Positions 28,534 through 41,019 of a stretch of 64,000 nucleotides of DNA are shown here, in pieces (position 1 is the stretch's first letter; the number at the start of each line of letters is the position of its first letter). Origin of the DNA: the human T2T-CHM13v2.0 reference genome, Homo sapiens; NCBI RefSeq assembly GCF_009914755.1, contig NC_060932.1; one strand, 5' to 3'. A program made the translations under genes and the position numbers. A model generated the notes under the pieces. The model searched no databases and was not told where the DNA came from. It was given only the letters and a program-made list of their open reading frames with translations.

Positions 28534-30020
28534 AAATAAGGGAGAAAGCATAATACAAACTAAGGGGCAACATCCACATGCATAGAAGACGAAGAGTTAA
28601 CTTTCCTCAACTAGGCAAATAAATTTGAAAACTTGGGATTAAATGGATGGTTCCTGATCCAGATAGGATATAAAAACTACATGGATTAATTACCTAGATG
28701 ATACCAACAAAGTTGTCAAAAAGCTGCTTGCCAAACATCCATGAAACCCAGATAATTTCACTGAAATTTTAAGAAACAGAAAATTTCAATGCTATTTAAA
28801 CTGTTCTAGGGCATTGTAAAAGGAGGGAAGTTTCCAAATCCACAAGCATAAAATACTACACTTCTCAAAGTGAACACGTGTATGCATGCACACACAAACT
28901 ATAGACTACTGATTAATACAAGTGCAAATATCCTAAATAAAATATGAAGTGCAGTCTAGCAATATATTAAAAAAATACACATGGCCAAAAAGAATTTATT
29001 TAAAGAATGTAATGATAGTGCAAAATTACAAAATATATTAGTAAAATTCATCTTAAAGGATCAAAGGAAAAAAAATCATATGATCATCTCCACAGATGTC
29101 GAAAAGGCATGTGATAAAATTAAACATGCAGTCTTTAAAAAGTTTTAAGACTAGGGATTAGTTGATACTCCTTAATATGATTAAATCTATCTCAACTCAA
29201 TTCATTATAGCCAGTTATTGAACATTATTTTAGAAGTACTAGACAATGCAATTAAGATACAAAGAGGAATGCAAACTGTAACAATGGTTACATTATCAGT
29301 GTTTGCTGATGACAGGACTGTGTAGTTGGCAAACACAAACTAATTAAGTGAAATACTATTAAAAACAACAAAAAAATGGAATCAGGTAGCCAGGTAGAAA
29401 ATTAACATAAATAATTGGCCTTTACATGCACTAAAATTAGGCAAAATTATAAACAGGATTTCATTAATAAAGGCAATAAAATGTAAAAATTAAAAAAAAT
29501 AAACTCTTAAAAATGTATGAGATCTCTGTAAAGTGTAAAATTCATCTGAAGGAAACAAAAAAAGATGAAGGGGCATGATTTTTAGATAGTGCACCATGGT
29601 TTAGATAAAAAGCTTTAACATGATAATGATGTCAAATTCCCCTAAATTAATCTATAAAATTAAAACTGTCCAAAAAAAAAAAAAGTACCCATGGATGTTT
29701 TGTGGAACTCAACAAATTGATTGTCATTCAAATGGAAATATAAATAAGAATATTTGAAACACTTAAAAATCACAGTTATTAAAACAATAAAGGATTGGTA
29801 CAAAAAGAGAAAAGCAGATCAACAGAAGAAAATACAGTGTAGAAACATACCCAAATAATATGGAAATGTACTATGTAAGTTCCATTTCAAATTAGTAAGG
29901 AAAGGATTTATTATTTAATAAATAGCTTTGTGAAAACTAGGTAGTCATCTGGAAAAAAGATAGTGAAGCCCTAAATTCAGGAGAGATCAATGATTTAAAT
30001 GTAAAAAAAACAAATAACAG
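27800..30020 (+). mobile_element. Old L1M ORF2 fragments
   Basis: A-rich strand. tatgatcatctccacagatgtcgaaaaggcatgtgataaaatt resembles MIISIDAEKAFDKI, and tttgctgatgac encodes the RT motif FADD (~29302). Confidence 0.75.
28257..28530 (+). mobile_element. 5'-truncated AluY inside the old L1
   Basis: AluY diagnostic gagatcgagaccatcctggctaa. Exact TSD AGAAAATAAGGGAGAAA (28240-28256 / 28531-28547) and long pure A tail. Confidence 0.93.
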
Positions 30021-30739
30021 AAATGCTTGATCTTACTTTTAATATTCAAACTCTAATGATGTATTATTTCCCTTTGAGAAAAGGTACAGAAAATGTATGC
30101 ATAGTTATGTTACAATTTGCATTACTATATATGGTACTGATATGCCTATGTACATATATGGTTATTTCTAGAGAGATATACAAGAATCTGGTACTGATAT
30201 GTGTCTCTTTCAAGTGAACTAAAAGATGGGTGTTGGGATAGAAGAGGAATTTACATTTTACTGTTTGAACCAGGATGATGTATTAGTTAATTAAAATAAT
30301 AAATTAAAACATATGCTAGAAAACCAAAACCCTTGTACTTGATAATATATTAGTACTAGGGCATAAAAGATTATTTGGTAACCCAAATTCTGCCAGTAGA
30401 ATATATTATAGGGGTCTAAAATGTATGTGAAAACAATTTAAAAAGAGAACTGATTGTGTTACTGCATCTTGTGAGATACGTCAATTAAAAGGCAGTTTAA
30501 TCAATTAAACTCTCTCATCTTGTGAGATACATCAATTGAAGGGCAATCTCAAGCAAAATAATATTCAAGTCCTTAGAAAATTTTACCCTCGAGTACTGGT
30601 AAAAGCTACTACTTTACTATAAAGTAGTTAAGGAATGATCTCCTTCTAATCATTTTTATTCTAGATATATTGCATATTTTATGGCCTGAATTTGTATATG
30701 CACCAAAATTCAACAAATAAAGAACAGCTTTGATTTAAA

Positions 30740-32170
30740 AAGTACCTCAAGGCAATAAAAAAAATCATTTTAATTTTTGATACATATTAAAACATCTTAG
30801 TCAGTTCCTCCTGACAGCATTAACACAGACAAATACACAAGACTTCAAACATGCTTTAAAATGACATTCAGCAAAGTACTTAAAATTTAATAAATAGCAA
30901 ATCACACACAGATACATTTTTCATAATCATTAAACTACTAAAACAGACAGTTAAAGAATAAATAAACCGCAACTGACAGTAAAAAAAATATGTTGGGTTT
31001 TGCAATTCACACTACTTAAAAAGGGGGGATGATCTGAATGATTTCTTAATTTTCTTTTGAGAGTGTAGCATGATCCCCCCCAGGAATAAAATATATTGAA
31101 AAAATCACTCTTACAACAATGTATTTTTTAAATACAACAAATAAATATGAAACCAGCAAAGCAATTTCAAGTTGTAATAAAAATGTCCCCCGCCCCCAGC
31201 CAAAAGCTATGGAAATATATAGTTGCTGTGGTAGCAAATAATAGTATTTAAAGTGATAGTGCTTGTGCACTAAGCTCATCTGAGACCTTGATATAATTTT
31301 AGTGCAAATCCCTAGGGTCCAATGCAAGCGCAACCCTGTATTAGGGAAAGACATTACCAGGTGGAACTTATCTTGTACAATTTTTGTACATGTTTTATAA
31401 AGTTCAAGATTTAATGCATAGTAGAATATCTTCATCCACTTAATTCTGTTGCTAAATAGAGATGAAAAAAGAAATGACTTGGGATTTTACCATTTGGTTT
31501 GTACCATGTTAGAGTATTAAAGTCAACATTAGAAAATCTTTATAAAAGAGTTTTGTTTTTGCCAGTAATTTATCGAACTCTGCCTAAATTTCACATGATT
31601 GTATGTTAAACGTAAGAGAAAAATTTTTAGACAGTTTGTTTCCCACTGACAAGTTCATATGATAATGAAATCCAATAATAGACAAATGTCAAACAAATGA
31701 AAACGCAGGTGAGTATAAGGGTTTTTTTTTTGTACATTAACAACCTTAACATCTAGTATATTAAGTTACAAGATGTGTTGGCAAAAGCATAAACGTTTCA
31801 ATTAAAATAAGGTATTATTTTGTAAAAACAAACCATTTAACATAGGATAGATAAAAATGACAATCAAATGAGTTTCAGCAGCCACATTTCTACAGTGAAC
31901 TACAGTATCAGGATGAAAACAATCAGAAACAAATGAAAGGACATTATTGAACAATATGAATATGTGATGCATTTTTAGCTGCTAAAATAGTAAACTCTAA
32001 GTTCATAGAGTTACAAGTTGTCGAATTTAACCATGCAGGCTAACATATAATAATAAGAAATCACCCTGCATTTTTTCTTTTTAAACTAAAACTAGTTTAA
32101 CTGTAAAGTTACAAAATAATAAATGGATATTGCTCCAACTTGTATACAATCTCCCTTATGTGATTCGTAC
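30740..32170 (-). other. LRP12: LRP12 3'UTR (3' end approximate)
   Basis: AT-rich sequence with no recognisable repeats following the stop codon. Candidate polyA signals lie at its far end. Confidence 0.75.
30769..30774 (-). terminator. LRP12: Candidate LRP12 polyadenylation signal ATTAAA (a canonical AATAAA also at 30655-30660)
   Basis: Plus-strand TTTAAT at 30769-30774, followed on minus by U/GU-rich sequence (tctttatttgttg). Plus-strand TTTATT at 30655-30660. Confidence 0.55.
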
Positions 32171-33037
32171 CTAACAAAGTAACAAAGCCTCATCATCACT
32201 CGTTTCGTTTTTCAGTGTTACTTCTAAGCAAGTGTCTGGTATCTGGGCAGTGTGGACAATACCACAGCGCTCACAGGGGCCATCTCGATTACTTGGCCTT
32301 ACTCCAGGATTTGTTGCATTATATGGTTGTCTAAGCCCTTGTCCTTGATCTGAGGCAAGATCAAGAAGAGGTCTGGAGCAGTCATTCACATCAAAGTCTG
32401 AAGATCCATCAGAAATTGGAATTAGCATTTCAACATCATCATCATCTTCTCTTCCACTTACCCCATTATCAAGTTGTCTCAAAGGACTCTGGTTCTGACT
32501 TAGGGAACTTGATCGTCCTAATGTAAAACGTACCCAGCGTAGCCCCTGAGTCATACGACTGAGTGCACTTGTAAGCTGGTGACGTGCTGGACTCACACTT
32601 GGGGGTTCCACACTTGTCACATCCCTTCCATTATCTGCATGACCACCTCGGGTACTCTGAGTTGAGGAACTTGCACATGCTCCTACTGTCGCTTCTACTG
32701 CCGTTGTGGGAGGGACTTTTTGAGGCAAAGGAGCTGCAACCCCACCAGATGCTCCTGCCATATCTCTTCTCTCATTTTCTGTGTCTGTATCATCAGACTC
32801 CACGGAAAACAAACTTCTGTGAGTATGATTTCTCTCAGGTTCTCTACTGGTACTCTGACTAGGGACAACCTCATCTCCATCTGCTGAGACCAAAGCCAAT
32901 GACCCAGAATGACGTGATCTTGCAAAATTAAAAATACGGTTCCAAATGTTGCTTGATCTGCCTGCCATAGGAAGCCTGACTGAAGTAAATCCAAGCTGAG
33001 ATCGTACCGCTAGCCTCAGATTTTCCAAAACAGAAGC
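32171..33037 (-). CDS. LRP12: LRP12 last coding exon, cytoplasmic tail (288 aa + TAG)
   Basis: ttttgtag|GCTTCTGTTTTGGAA, in frame with ORF 32171..33028. Ends ...NETSDDEALLLC*. Confidence 0.97.
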   Translation of the reverse strand, partial: ASVLENLRLAVRSQLGFTSVRLPMAGRSSNIWNRIFNFARSRHSGSLALVSADGDEVVPSQSTSREPERNHTHRSLFSVESDDTDTENERRDMAGASGGVAAPLPQKVPPTTAVEATVGACASSSTQSTRGGHADNGRDVTSVEPPSVSPARHQLTSALSRMTQGLRWVRFTLGRSSSLSQNQSPLRQLDNGVSGREDDDDVEMLIPISDGSSDFDVNDCSRPLLDLASDQGQGLRQPYNATNPGVRPSNRDGPCERCGIVHTAQIPDTCLEVTLKNETSDDEALLLC

Positions 33038-34949
33038 CTACAAAAATAAGAAAAGATCTTAAGATAGTTAACAACAAGGTACTAAGATAAAAAAAAAAAA
33101 AAAAACACCCTTCTATTAAGAATGTGTTGTGGTTAAAAATTCTGTTACTCATTGTTGCTTTTGGGTCTAAGAAGGAAAAATTAAATTCTCTTACCTATGT
33201 GGGTTCATCCTACTACAGAATCTAATCTACTAATCTAACTTGAATCATTGTTTGTTTAAACTTTTCTTGATATTCCATTTTATATATGCAACTTAAAAAT
33301 GATATTTAATGTAAATTATAACAGTTGTTTCAAAATCTCACATCGTAATCCAACATGAAAAGTGTACCAAAGCTAGAAAATAAAATTGATACTTCTGTAA
33401 CTAGGAACATAGGAGAATCTCTACATAATTGACGAAGTGACCAAAATGAGTTTGTGAAAACGAGGACTTTTATCTTTTTTTTTTTTAAAGAACAAATTAG
33501 ATTTAATTTACAAGGCTTAACTTTTCCAAAACATGTGAAAATTGTATTTCACAGAGTTGGTTCTCAAGCATTTGCTGAATGGATACTGAGGATTTAATTA
33601 TATTGTCACAAATAAAGGAATTATATTTGTAATACAGCACCGAAGACAACAAGAAACAACAAAAGAACCTGTTTATATCATTACTCAATGGTATCGACAT
33701 TTAGATTCCTTCTTAATCTTTAAAGTTTTATTTTCTATAGTTTAGTATTAAGTATAAATATATCATTCTTTGAAAACTAGTTAGCTGTAATTAGTGTACA
33801 TGAAAGGTTGTCCAACTGAATAAAAAATCTATTCTTTTTTCTAGATGAACGAGTTTAGAGTTTGTTTTTAAAAGCATATAGCATTATATAAGATAGTCTT
33901 TAAGCTCCATCTAGTGGTTATAAAAAGAAGTATTCAAACTTGAAACAGCTTTCACCAACCTGGCATTTAGTATTTAAAAATTGTATTTCCAGGCAACAAT
34001 CTTAAGTTGATATACTCTCCTTCAGTTGATGATACCATCTCCTGCCAAAACTCACACCTCTTCCCTTTCCCCTCACAGAAGAAAGAAGGTAGAAAATAAG
34101 GAAGATGTCCTCTTATGTTCTGTATCTCTTTGTGACTGGTATTGCATTTATTTATGCTTTCCATATAGGCCCTTCCATAGTGCCATGAACATAATTTATG
34201 ATAAGAAGCTACTATCATAGGAACATTTCATAGTCTAACATTAGTAAGGCACAGATTGTCAATAAGAAATTTGGATATCAGCACACATGGATTTGCTATA
34301 CAGATGAGTAAGAGTTTTCACCAATTAAGAAGTACCTAACTACAAATTAAAAAAAAAAAGAAAAAGAAAAAGCGGTTCACATTTATAATGAACTTCTCCA
34401 CAGATCTGCTCCTCAACAGTGAGCATGCAAGTTTTAAGGCTTCATGTTGAGCACTATGCTATTATGTCCAGCAATGAACAAAAGGCTCTTCTGTTATCCT
34501 CTGTTGTGCTGCTATTAGCCATCAAGATCAACAATGCCTTCAACATACTTTATTGCTGACTTTAACATTTGGTTTGTCATACTGAGGTGAAACTCTCTAT
34601 TTAGTTAAAAGTCAGTTAATTAGGATTGGCAATCTAACATTATATTTTATGAGGGGATCTCACGAATGTTCTAGGAATAATTTCATATACTTCTTCAGTT
34701 TATGAAGGAGAAAGCATTCCTCAAAAAGCGTTTCTCCTTTGAGTGAGATGGTGAATTACATCATTACTTATTTTTTCCAAAATCTGCTATAAAAATTTGG
34801 TAATTTGTTACCAAAAGCTTCAAACTTGAGAGTTTTTAATCTCATTAAATGAATACAATCTAACTTACCACCCATAAACATATTTTATTCTAAAATGTTG
34901 AAGTAGAATTCTCCCACGAGGGTACATATAACCTGAGAAACTGGGGTAG

Positions 34950-35600
34950 TGTGAGGTAATAAAGAATTTAACCTCACCCAAAGCCTCTGTCCTTGGCTTT
35001 TGGTACATCATCTCCAAGCCCTTCCACTGTCATGTCTGAAAGCAGTGTCTTTGCCTGGGGGCCTTGGACCAGCCAGATAGTAAAACTGATTTAGACTGGA
35101 AGCTCTGAACCACACCAACAGTGTCATGTAGGGTGAGGGCTTTGGGTCAGTCAATCTCTGGATAAGGCTAGAAACTGGGATTGGCCACATGTGCAATTAA
35201 TCCTGCCTATGTGCTAGTGCACCAGTACAAACTCCGGACACCCGAGGCCTGGGTGAGCTTTCCTGATTGGTAACACTCCATGCATATTGTCACATATCTG
35301 TGTTCACACAGTAATGCCCTCCTGCCTCTATGGGGAAAGGACAACTGGAAGGTCCATGTTTGGTACCCTTCTGAACTTTGTCCTATGCATCTTTTCCCTT
35401 GGTTAATCTGTGTCTGTATCCTCTCCCTGTAATAAACTGTAATCGCAAGTGAGCTGCTTTCAGTGAGTTTTTTGAGTGTTCCTAGTAAATTATCAAACCT
35501 GAAGGGGATTTGGGGAACTCCTTGAATTTGCAATTGGTGTTAGGAGTGAAGACAATCTTGTGTGTACCGTGTTCTCTCTAACTTTATGGGGTTTAGGCAT
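34950..35600 (+). mobile_element. MER21/MER68-type LTR in the last LRP12 intron (antisense to the gene)
   Basis: TGT start; gtgagctttcctgattgg; AATAAA at 35431; tctagtaaattatcaaacctgaagggg-like tail. Confidence 0.65.
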
Positions 35601-36576
35601 GGTGGGTGGTAGAGAATGAAGTAGGTGTGTAAAATTAACTGTGATCTGATTCTTACCTAAAAAAAAACTTTCCCCATAGCAGGGCTGATATAAAGAAGCC
35701 ACAACTTAGGTTTTTCCTACTTTGCACACAAAATTCCAACAGTGGAACTTCTGAATGATTTACTTAGGAAATTACATATGGAGAAATGTTTTGAAACTAC
35801 AAATTCTCACCAAAGATTTCCTAAAATACTCCAATAAGGTGATAGACTGTAATCAGAACTCACATTTACCAAAAAGGAGATGGTATTCTATTTTGAAAGT
35901 AATTATATTACTGGGAAAACAATGTTTACCAGTTTTAATTATAATACTGGAAACAACAGTTTTTATAAATGTTTCTGAATGAATTTACAATTTAAATGAA
36001 TAAATCCTTATGCCTAAAATGAACACTGGCACATTTTTAAGCACTACGAGAAAAATTTTTTTAATTGCTAAGAAATTGAAAGAATTCAGAAACATATAAT
36101 GAATTACTATATAAACAAAATGCTATAAATTGTTAAACACTGTAAAATCCAGCTTGAAGATGTTTTTCCTGAGGTAGAAATGTTAACTTCATTTTAATTA
36201 CTTTTACTTATAAGTGGTTAATCTAGCATGTTATATTGCTAGCATATTAATTTTAGTGTTCATTCTTAAATCTTGCAGATGTTCAGGTCAAGTAAAAAAT
36301 AATTTGCCAAGCTTAATACTTTTGAATTATAATGCACTAAATTATCCTAAACAGTAAAATGCTTAAGAATTGCACAACCAAATCAGAGGAATGAAAAATA
36401 TACTTTTGCAGTTTGTAGTGTTAAACTATAATGAAAACTATGACTTCAAATCTTCCATACATTTAAATCCTTGATTGCAAAAATTCTGACAGTCAAGGGT
36501 CTTTGCTTTATCATATATACAGGCGCAGATTTCATTTTAAGAGGAAATGTAATAGAAATTACACATTGCAATATAC

Positions 36577-36709
36577 CTGATTAGGTGAACAAACAGGAAA
36601 ATCTTCAACTGGTGGAATTAAACCCTGAGCAATCAATTGTCCATACGAGGGAGGAGCTTCTCTTCTTAACAATTCTGCTTCCACTCTTGACAACTGTGTT
36701 TCAAATGAT
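36577..36709 (-). CDS. LRP12: LRP12 exon (probably 6), juxtamembrane cytoplasmic region
   Basis: ctcaaag|ATCATTT...AATCAG|gtatat; 133 nt. Reads SFETQLSRVEAELLRREAPPSYGQLIAQGLIPPVEDFPVCSPNQ. Phase 2 in, phase 0 out. Not in the ORF track. Confidence 0.95.
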
Positions 36710-37140
36710 CTTTGAGAGTAGATGGAAAGAAAAATGATTAAAAGGGGGAGCGAAGAAAAAGAACAATTTTCTATTATCAGTAATTAAAACAATCTGAGTC
36801 TTGGCATATTTGATCATTTTAAAGCTTAGTCATTTGACAAACATTTACTGAATATATGTATTATCCCTACAGTGGGAATACAAAGCTGACGCAGGCAGTC
36901 TGTCTTCATAGGGCTTTATGCTAGTAGAAGCCTAGATCACTGAGTTTTAATAAATGAAAATCCCTGTAAAAGGTAAAGGGAGAAATAATACAAGATTTAA
37001 AAACTCCTAAGAATACTGTATTTACTGAATATACGTTGAAGCCACTGCGCCCAGCTGGGATCTTTGACTCTTCATTGTGCTCTTTTGTTGCAATGTGGTA
37101 AAAAGTTTTCTGGCCATTTACACTTGGCCAAAGATGCAGT

Positions 37141-37460
37141 GGTCGGGCGCCGTGGCTCACACCTGTAATCCCAGCAGTTTGGGAGGCCAAGGCGGGTGGA
37201 TCACGAGGTCAGTAGTCTGGGACCAGCCTGGCCAACAGAGTGAAACCCTGTCTCTACTAAAAATACAAAAAATTAGCCAGGCGTGGTGGCGGGCGCCTGT
37301 AATCACAGCTACTTGGGAGGCTGAGGCAGGAGAATCGCTTGAACCTGGGAGACGGAGTGCAGTGAGCTGAGATCGCACCAGTGCACTCCAGCCCGGGTGA
37401 CAGAGCAAGACTCCCGTCTCCAAACAAACAACAAAAAAAAAAAAAAGGAAAAAAAAGAAA
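37141..37460 (+). mobile_element. Alu (AluS)
   Basis: Dimer flanked by TSD AAAGATGCAGT. Confidence 0.94.
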
Positions 37461-38471
37461 AGATGCAGTAATGGTTATTACGATACTGTGCATCTGTGTG
37501 CCACCTATTAGCCATCTGTTACGTAAAAAGTTGTTAAATCTATTATTTGTAATTCTCCTGGGACTGAAGGTCATTGTCTCCACAGGGACATCTCTGCCAT
37601 TAACTTCTGCCAGGTCCCATTTATCCTGCATCAAACTGAAAACTACTCACTCTGAAGGTCACCCTTTAACAGTTAACCATTTCTTACTGAACTGAGAACT
37701 CTGAAGTGCTGTTGTCACTTAACTCTACAACAGGACATTAGTCTTGTGTTCCAATCGTATCTCCTGTTAGCCCTTCATACGCATCCTGGGCTCCAGATAA
37801 ACTGAATCATGTGCTTACTTTTTGAGCAATGCTGGACATTCCTACTTCTATATATTTTCCTAGGTTATTGCTTTAACAACACCTTTTCCCCTATCTATAT
37901 TCTTCTACTCATACATTTCAAGTGGCACCCCTCCAATTAAAGCCTTTCTGCCTCTCTCCCTCATTAGATTACGTATTTTTGACTTTATACCATTTTGTTT
38001 CATAGCTCTTTATAGTATTATACTTTTGTCATCTTATTCCATGCCCCAATTCCTTCCTCCTAACTGTAAACTGCTTGTGATGTTATGCCTTATTCATTTT
38101 TCTATTTACCTGTATGCTTTGAACATAGCATATAGAATAACTGGAATTTTTGAATTTGTATTTAGAAAAATACAGGTTAAAACACTAAAACTGAGAGCTG
38201 CAGCTTACAATATTCCTATAAAACAGATTAATCTGAAAACAGGAGCTGGTAAATAGATGGGCTTTTTCTCATAACTCTAAATATTTAGTTTGTAATGTGT
38301 CTGGCCTTCTGAGTCTCGGGTTTTTCACGCTAATTTTATACATCATCAACAATCTTTATCCATTTTCTAAACTAATATAAAACAAAAATACATTGCTAAT
38401 CATCAAAGAACTTGTTTCAAACACTTGGGCCTGCTTTTATTGAGGCCCAATAGTTCTGTCTTGATACTGAC

Positions 38472-39576
38472 CTTCTTTCAAACATTCTCAGAGAATAAAG
38501 CTTACAAGTACATCCCAATGCTATGACGAGTAACAGGCCACAGATGAGGCTCCCTATGACGGCAGCAGTGATGACTCTTGTAGGCACGATTACTGGGCAA
38601 TTTTCTTCATCGCTGCCATCACCACAGTCATCTTGAGAATCACACACCCAACTTTCAAACACACAACGATTGTTTTTACAATGGAAATTTCCTGGTTGGC
38701 AAAAAAAGCAGTTTTTTTCATCTGAGCCATTTGGGCAATGATTCTGGTAGTTGCAGCGATCAGAACGAGGATAACAGACACCATTTCGGGAACATGGAAA
38801 TTCTTCCTTCTGGCACATGGTACAATTGGTTTCATCCCTTCCATTTGGGCAATGCCAATACCCATCACAACGCTGCTGCTCAGTATAACACCCCCAGTTA
38901 CCTCCACAGGGTATTTCCCATGGCAAACAGAACCCATCTACTTGGTAAGTAGCATTAAATCCCCTTGCAGCATTCACTTTATCAGCACAAAAATGTACCC
39001 TTATCTGTCCAGAAGAAGAAACAACTGTAAGAGGTGCATGAGAATCAAAAGCTGTCAACACACGCAAAAGCTTGTGTGGATTCTCCTCTAATCCATCATA
39101 TATTTTGACATAATCACCATAACCAGTACCATCAAGTTTAAAGTCAGTGAAGCGTAAAATGACTTTACGGTGATCACCAGTGTCTATTAACCAGGTGCAA
39201 TTGCTTCCAGGAGGATAAAAGTCTGGATAATTGGGAGAATTAAAAGTACCATAAAAATATTTTAGCCATTGCCCACATGTTGGCACATCACAGTCTATCT
39301 CATCTCCTAGGTCAAGGCAGTCAATGTTCCCATCACATTTTAAAGATTCGGGGAGGCAAGTGTAAACTTTGGTAAAACGGGATAAACACTGGAACTGGTT
39401 GTAAGCACAGGGTTGAAAAGCAGCAGCAGTTGGAGGATTTGCTTCTTTGGCACAGATCTCTTCATCGGAACTATCTCCACATTCATCCATGTTATTACAT
39501 TTCCAGGCTTCTGGTATACACTTTCCATTACCACAACGAAACTGATCACAAGCACAATTTGGTTCCTCAGATTTCC
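38472..39576 (-). CDS. LRP12: LRP12 exon (probably 5): two LDL-A repeats, CUB2, three LDL-A repeats, transmembrane helix
   Basis: cacag|GGAAATCT...AGAAG|gtcagt; 1105 nt. LDL-A motifs (DECGDSSDE, DCLDLGDE, HCPNGRDE, HCPNGSDE, DDCGDGSDE), CUB motif NSPNYPDFYPPGSNCTW and TM segment VITAAVIGSLICGLLLVIALG. Confidence 0.98.
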
Positions 39577-39714
39577 CTGTGAAGATGTGAGTAGAAATAG
39601 ATGGAAAGAGAAGGAGAAAAATTATAATCTTTAAAAGACATAAAACAGCAAGTGATATTTTTATAATAAATGTTCATAAAGCCCAAGTGCTAGAAGTTTT
39701 AAAAAACAGGTTGG

Positions 39715-40224
39715 TTTTTTAATATTTTAATTTTAAGTTCCAGGGTACATGTGCAGGATGTGCAGGTTTGTTACATGAGTAAACATGTGCCATGGTGGTT
39801 TGCTGCACCCATCAATCCATCACCTAGGTATTAAGTCCAGTATGCATTAGGTCTTTTCCCTAATGCTCTCCCTCCCACCCCACCCTCCCTAGAAAGGCCA
39901 CAATAAATCTGGGGCCTGTGTCCATGTGTTCTCATTGTTCAGGTCCCACTTATAAGTGAGAACATGCAGTGTTTGGTTTTCTGTTCCTGTGTTATTTTGC
40001 TGAGGATAATGGCTTCCAGCTTCATCCATCCATCCAGCTTCCAGCAAAGGACATGATCTCGCTCCTTTTTATGGCTGCATAGTATTCCATGGTGTATATG
40101 TACCAACATTTTCTTTACCCAGTCTATCATTGATGGGCATTTGGTTTGATTCCATCTCTTTGCTATTGAGAATAGTGCTGCAATCAACGTATGTGTGTAT
40201 GTATCTTTATAAATGGAATGATTT
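39715..40224 (-). mobile_element. 5'-truncated L1PA 3' end (sense to LRP12)
   Basis: L1 3'UTR plus ORF2 C-terminus (...KLEAIILSKITQEQKTKHCMFSLISG). TSD AACAGGTTGG at 39705-39714 and 40225-40234. Confidence 0.92.
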
Positions 40225-40816
40225 AACAGGTTGGGTTCTAATGACAAATTAGTACTGGCATGCTTACTCAACAATTCAATTTGTTAAATACTTATTATTA
40301 TTCCATGAAGATCTTGCATTTTGATCTAAAAGAGAGGACTAATTCTGAATTATTCACATTTGTATGATCTGGTCTTGTTTTTTAGACACAATTTAAGAAA
40401 AGAAAAGATGTCGTTTTTTCTGAGACTATAAACTATGAAGGTGAAATTTGTTAGGTCTTTTCTCTGGAGGTATAAAAACAATGACAATTACCACAAAAAT
40501 ACATTCTGAAGTAACTTTCTGGATATGCGTAAGCACTTGAGGGAGAAAAGGCTATTCTTAGAATAAATGTATTTAAGATGTTTAAAAAGAAAATTAACCT
40601 TAGTATATGAAGTTAATCATTTTGTTAGAATTATACAAAACACCTTTTGGAGACCCAGCTTTAGGGCATCTAACTTTAGCTTCTAATCCTCAATCTCAGC
40701 TGCCTCAAGGGCCTACTCCTAATTAAATGAACACTACTTAGAAGATTAGCTCCGAAGTGACAGAGCAGTTAATACCATAAAATTCAGTTCAATATCTTTC
40801 TTATTTAAAAACACAC

Positions 40817-41019
40817 CTGAAAAATATGCCAGTCTGAAACCCTTTCTAGAGATGTTGTCATCCGAATGAAACCTAATCCAGATGTGGTCTTGTGAAGAGA
40901 TATACGGAGGTGGAATTGTGGAACCACAAGCTCTGTAACTTTCAATATTCTTGTATGTTTCTATTGTCAACCAGTCCAAATTGCACCTTCTGGATCCTTG
41001 AATATCAAAATCCTGAAAA
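40817..41019 (-). CDS. LRP12: LRP12 exon (probably 4), C-terminal half of CUB1
   Basis: ttttcag|TTTTCAGGAT...TCAG|gtgtgt; 203 nt. Reads FQDFDIQGSRRCNLDWLTIETYKNIESYRACGSTIPPPYISSQDHIWIRFHSDDNISRKGFRLAYFS. Phase matches both neighbours. Confidence 0.96.

Noticed and set aside
31046-31435. 129-aa minus-strand ORF in the LRP12 3'UTR
   Set aside because: No recognisable homology; composition is typical of a chance AT-rich ORF.
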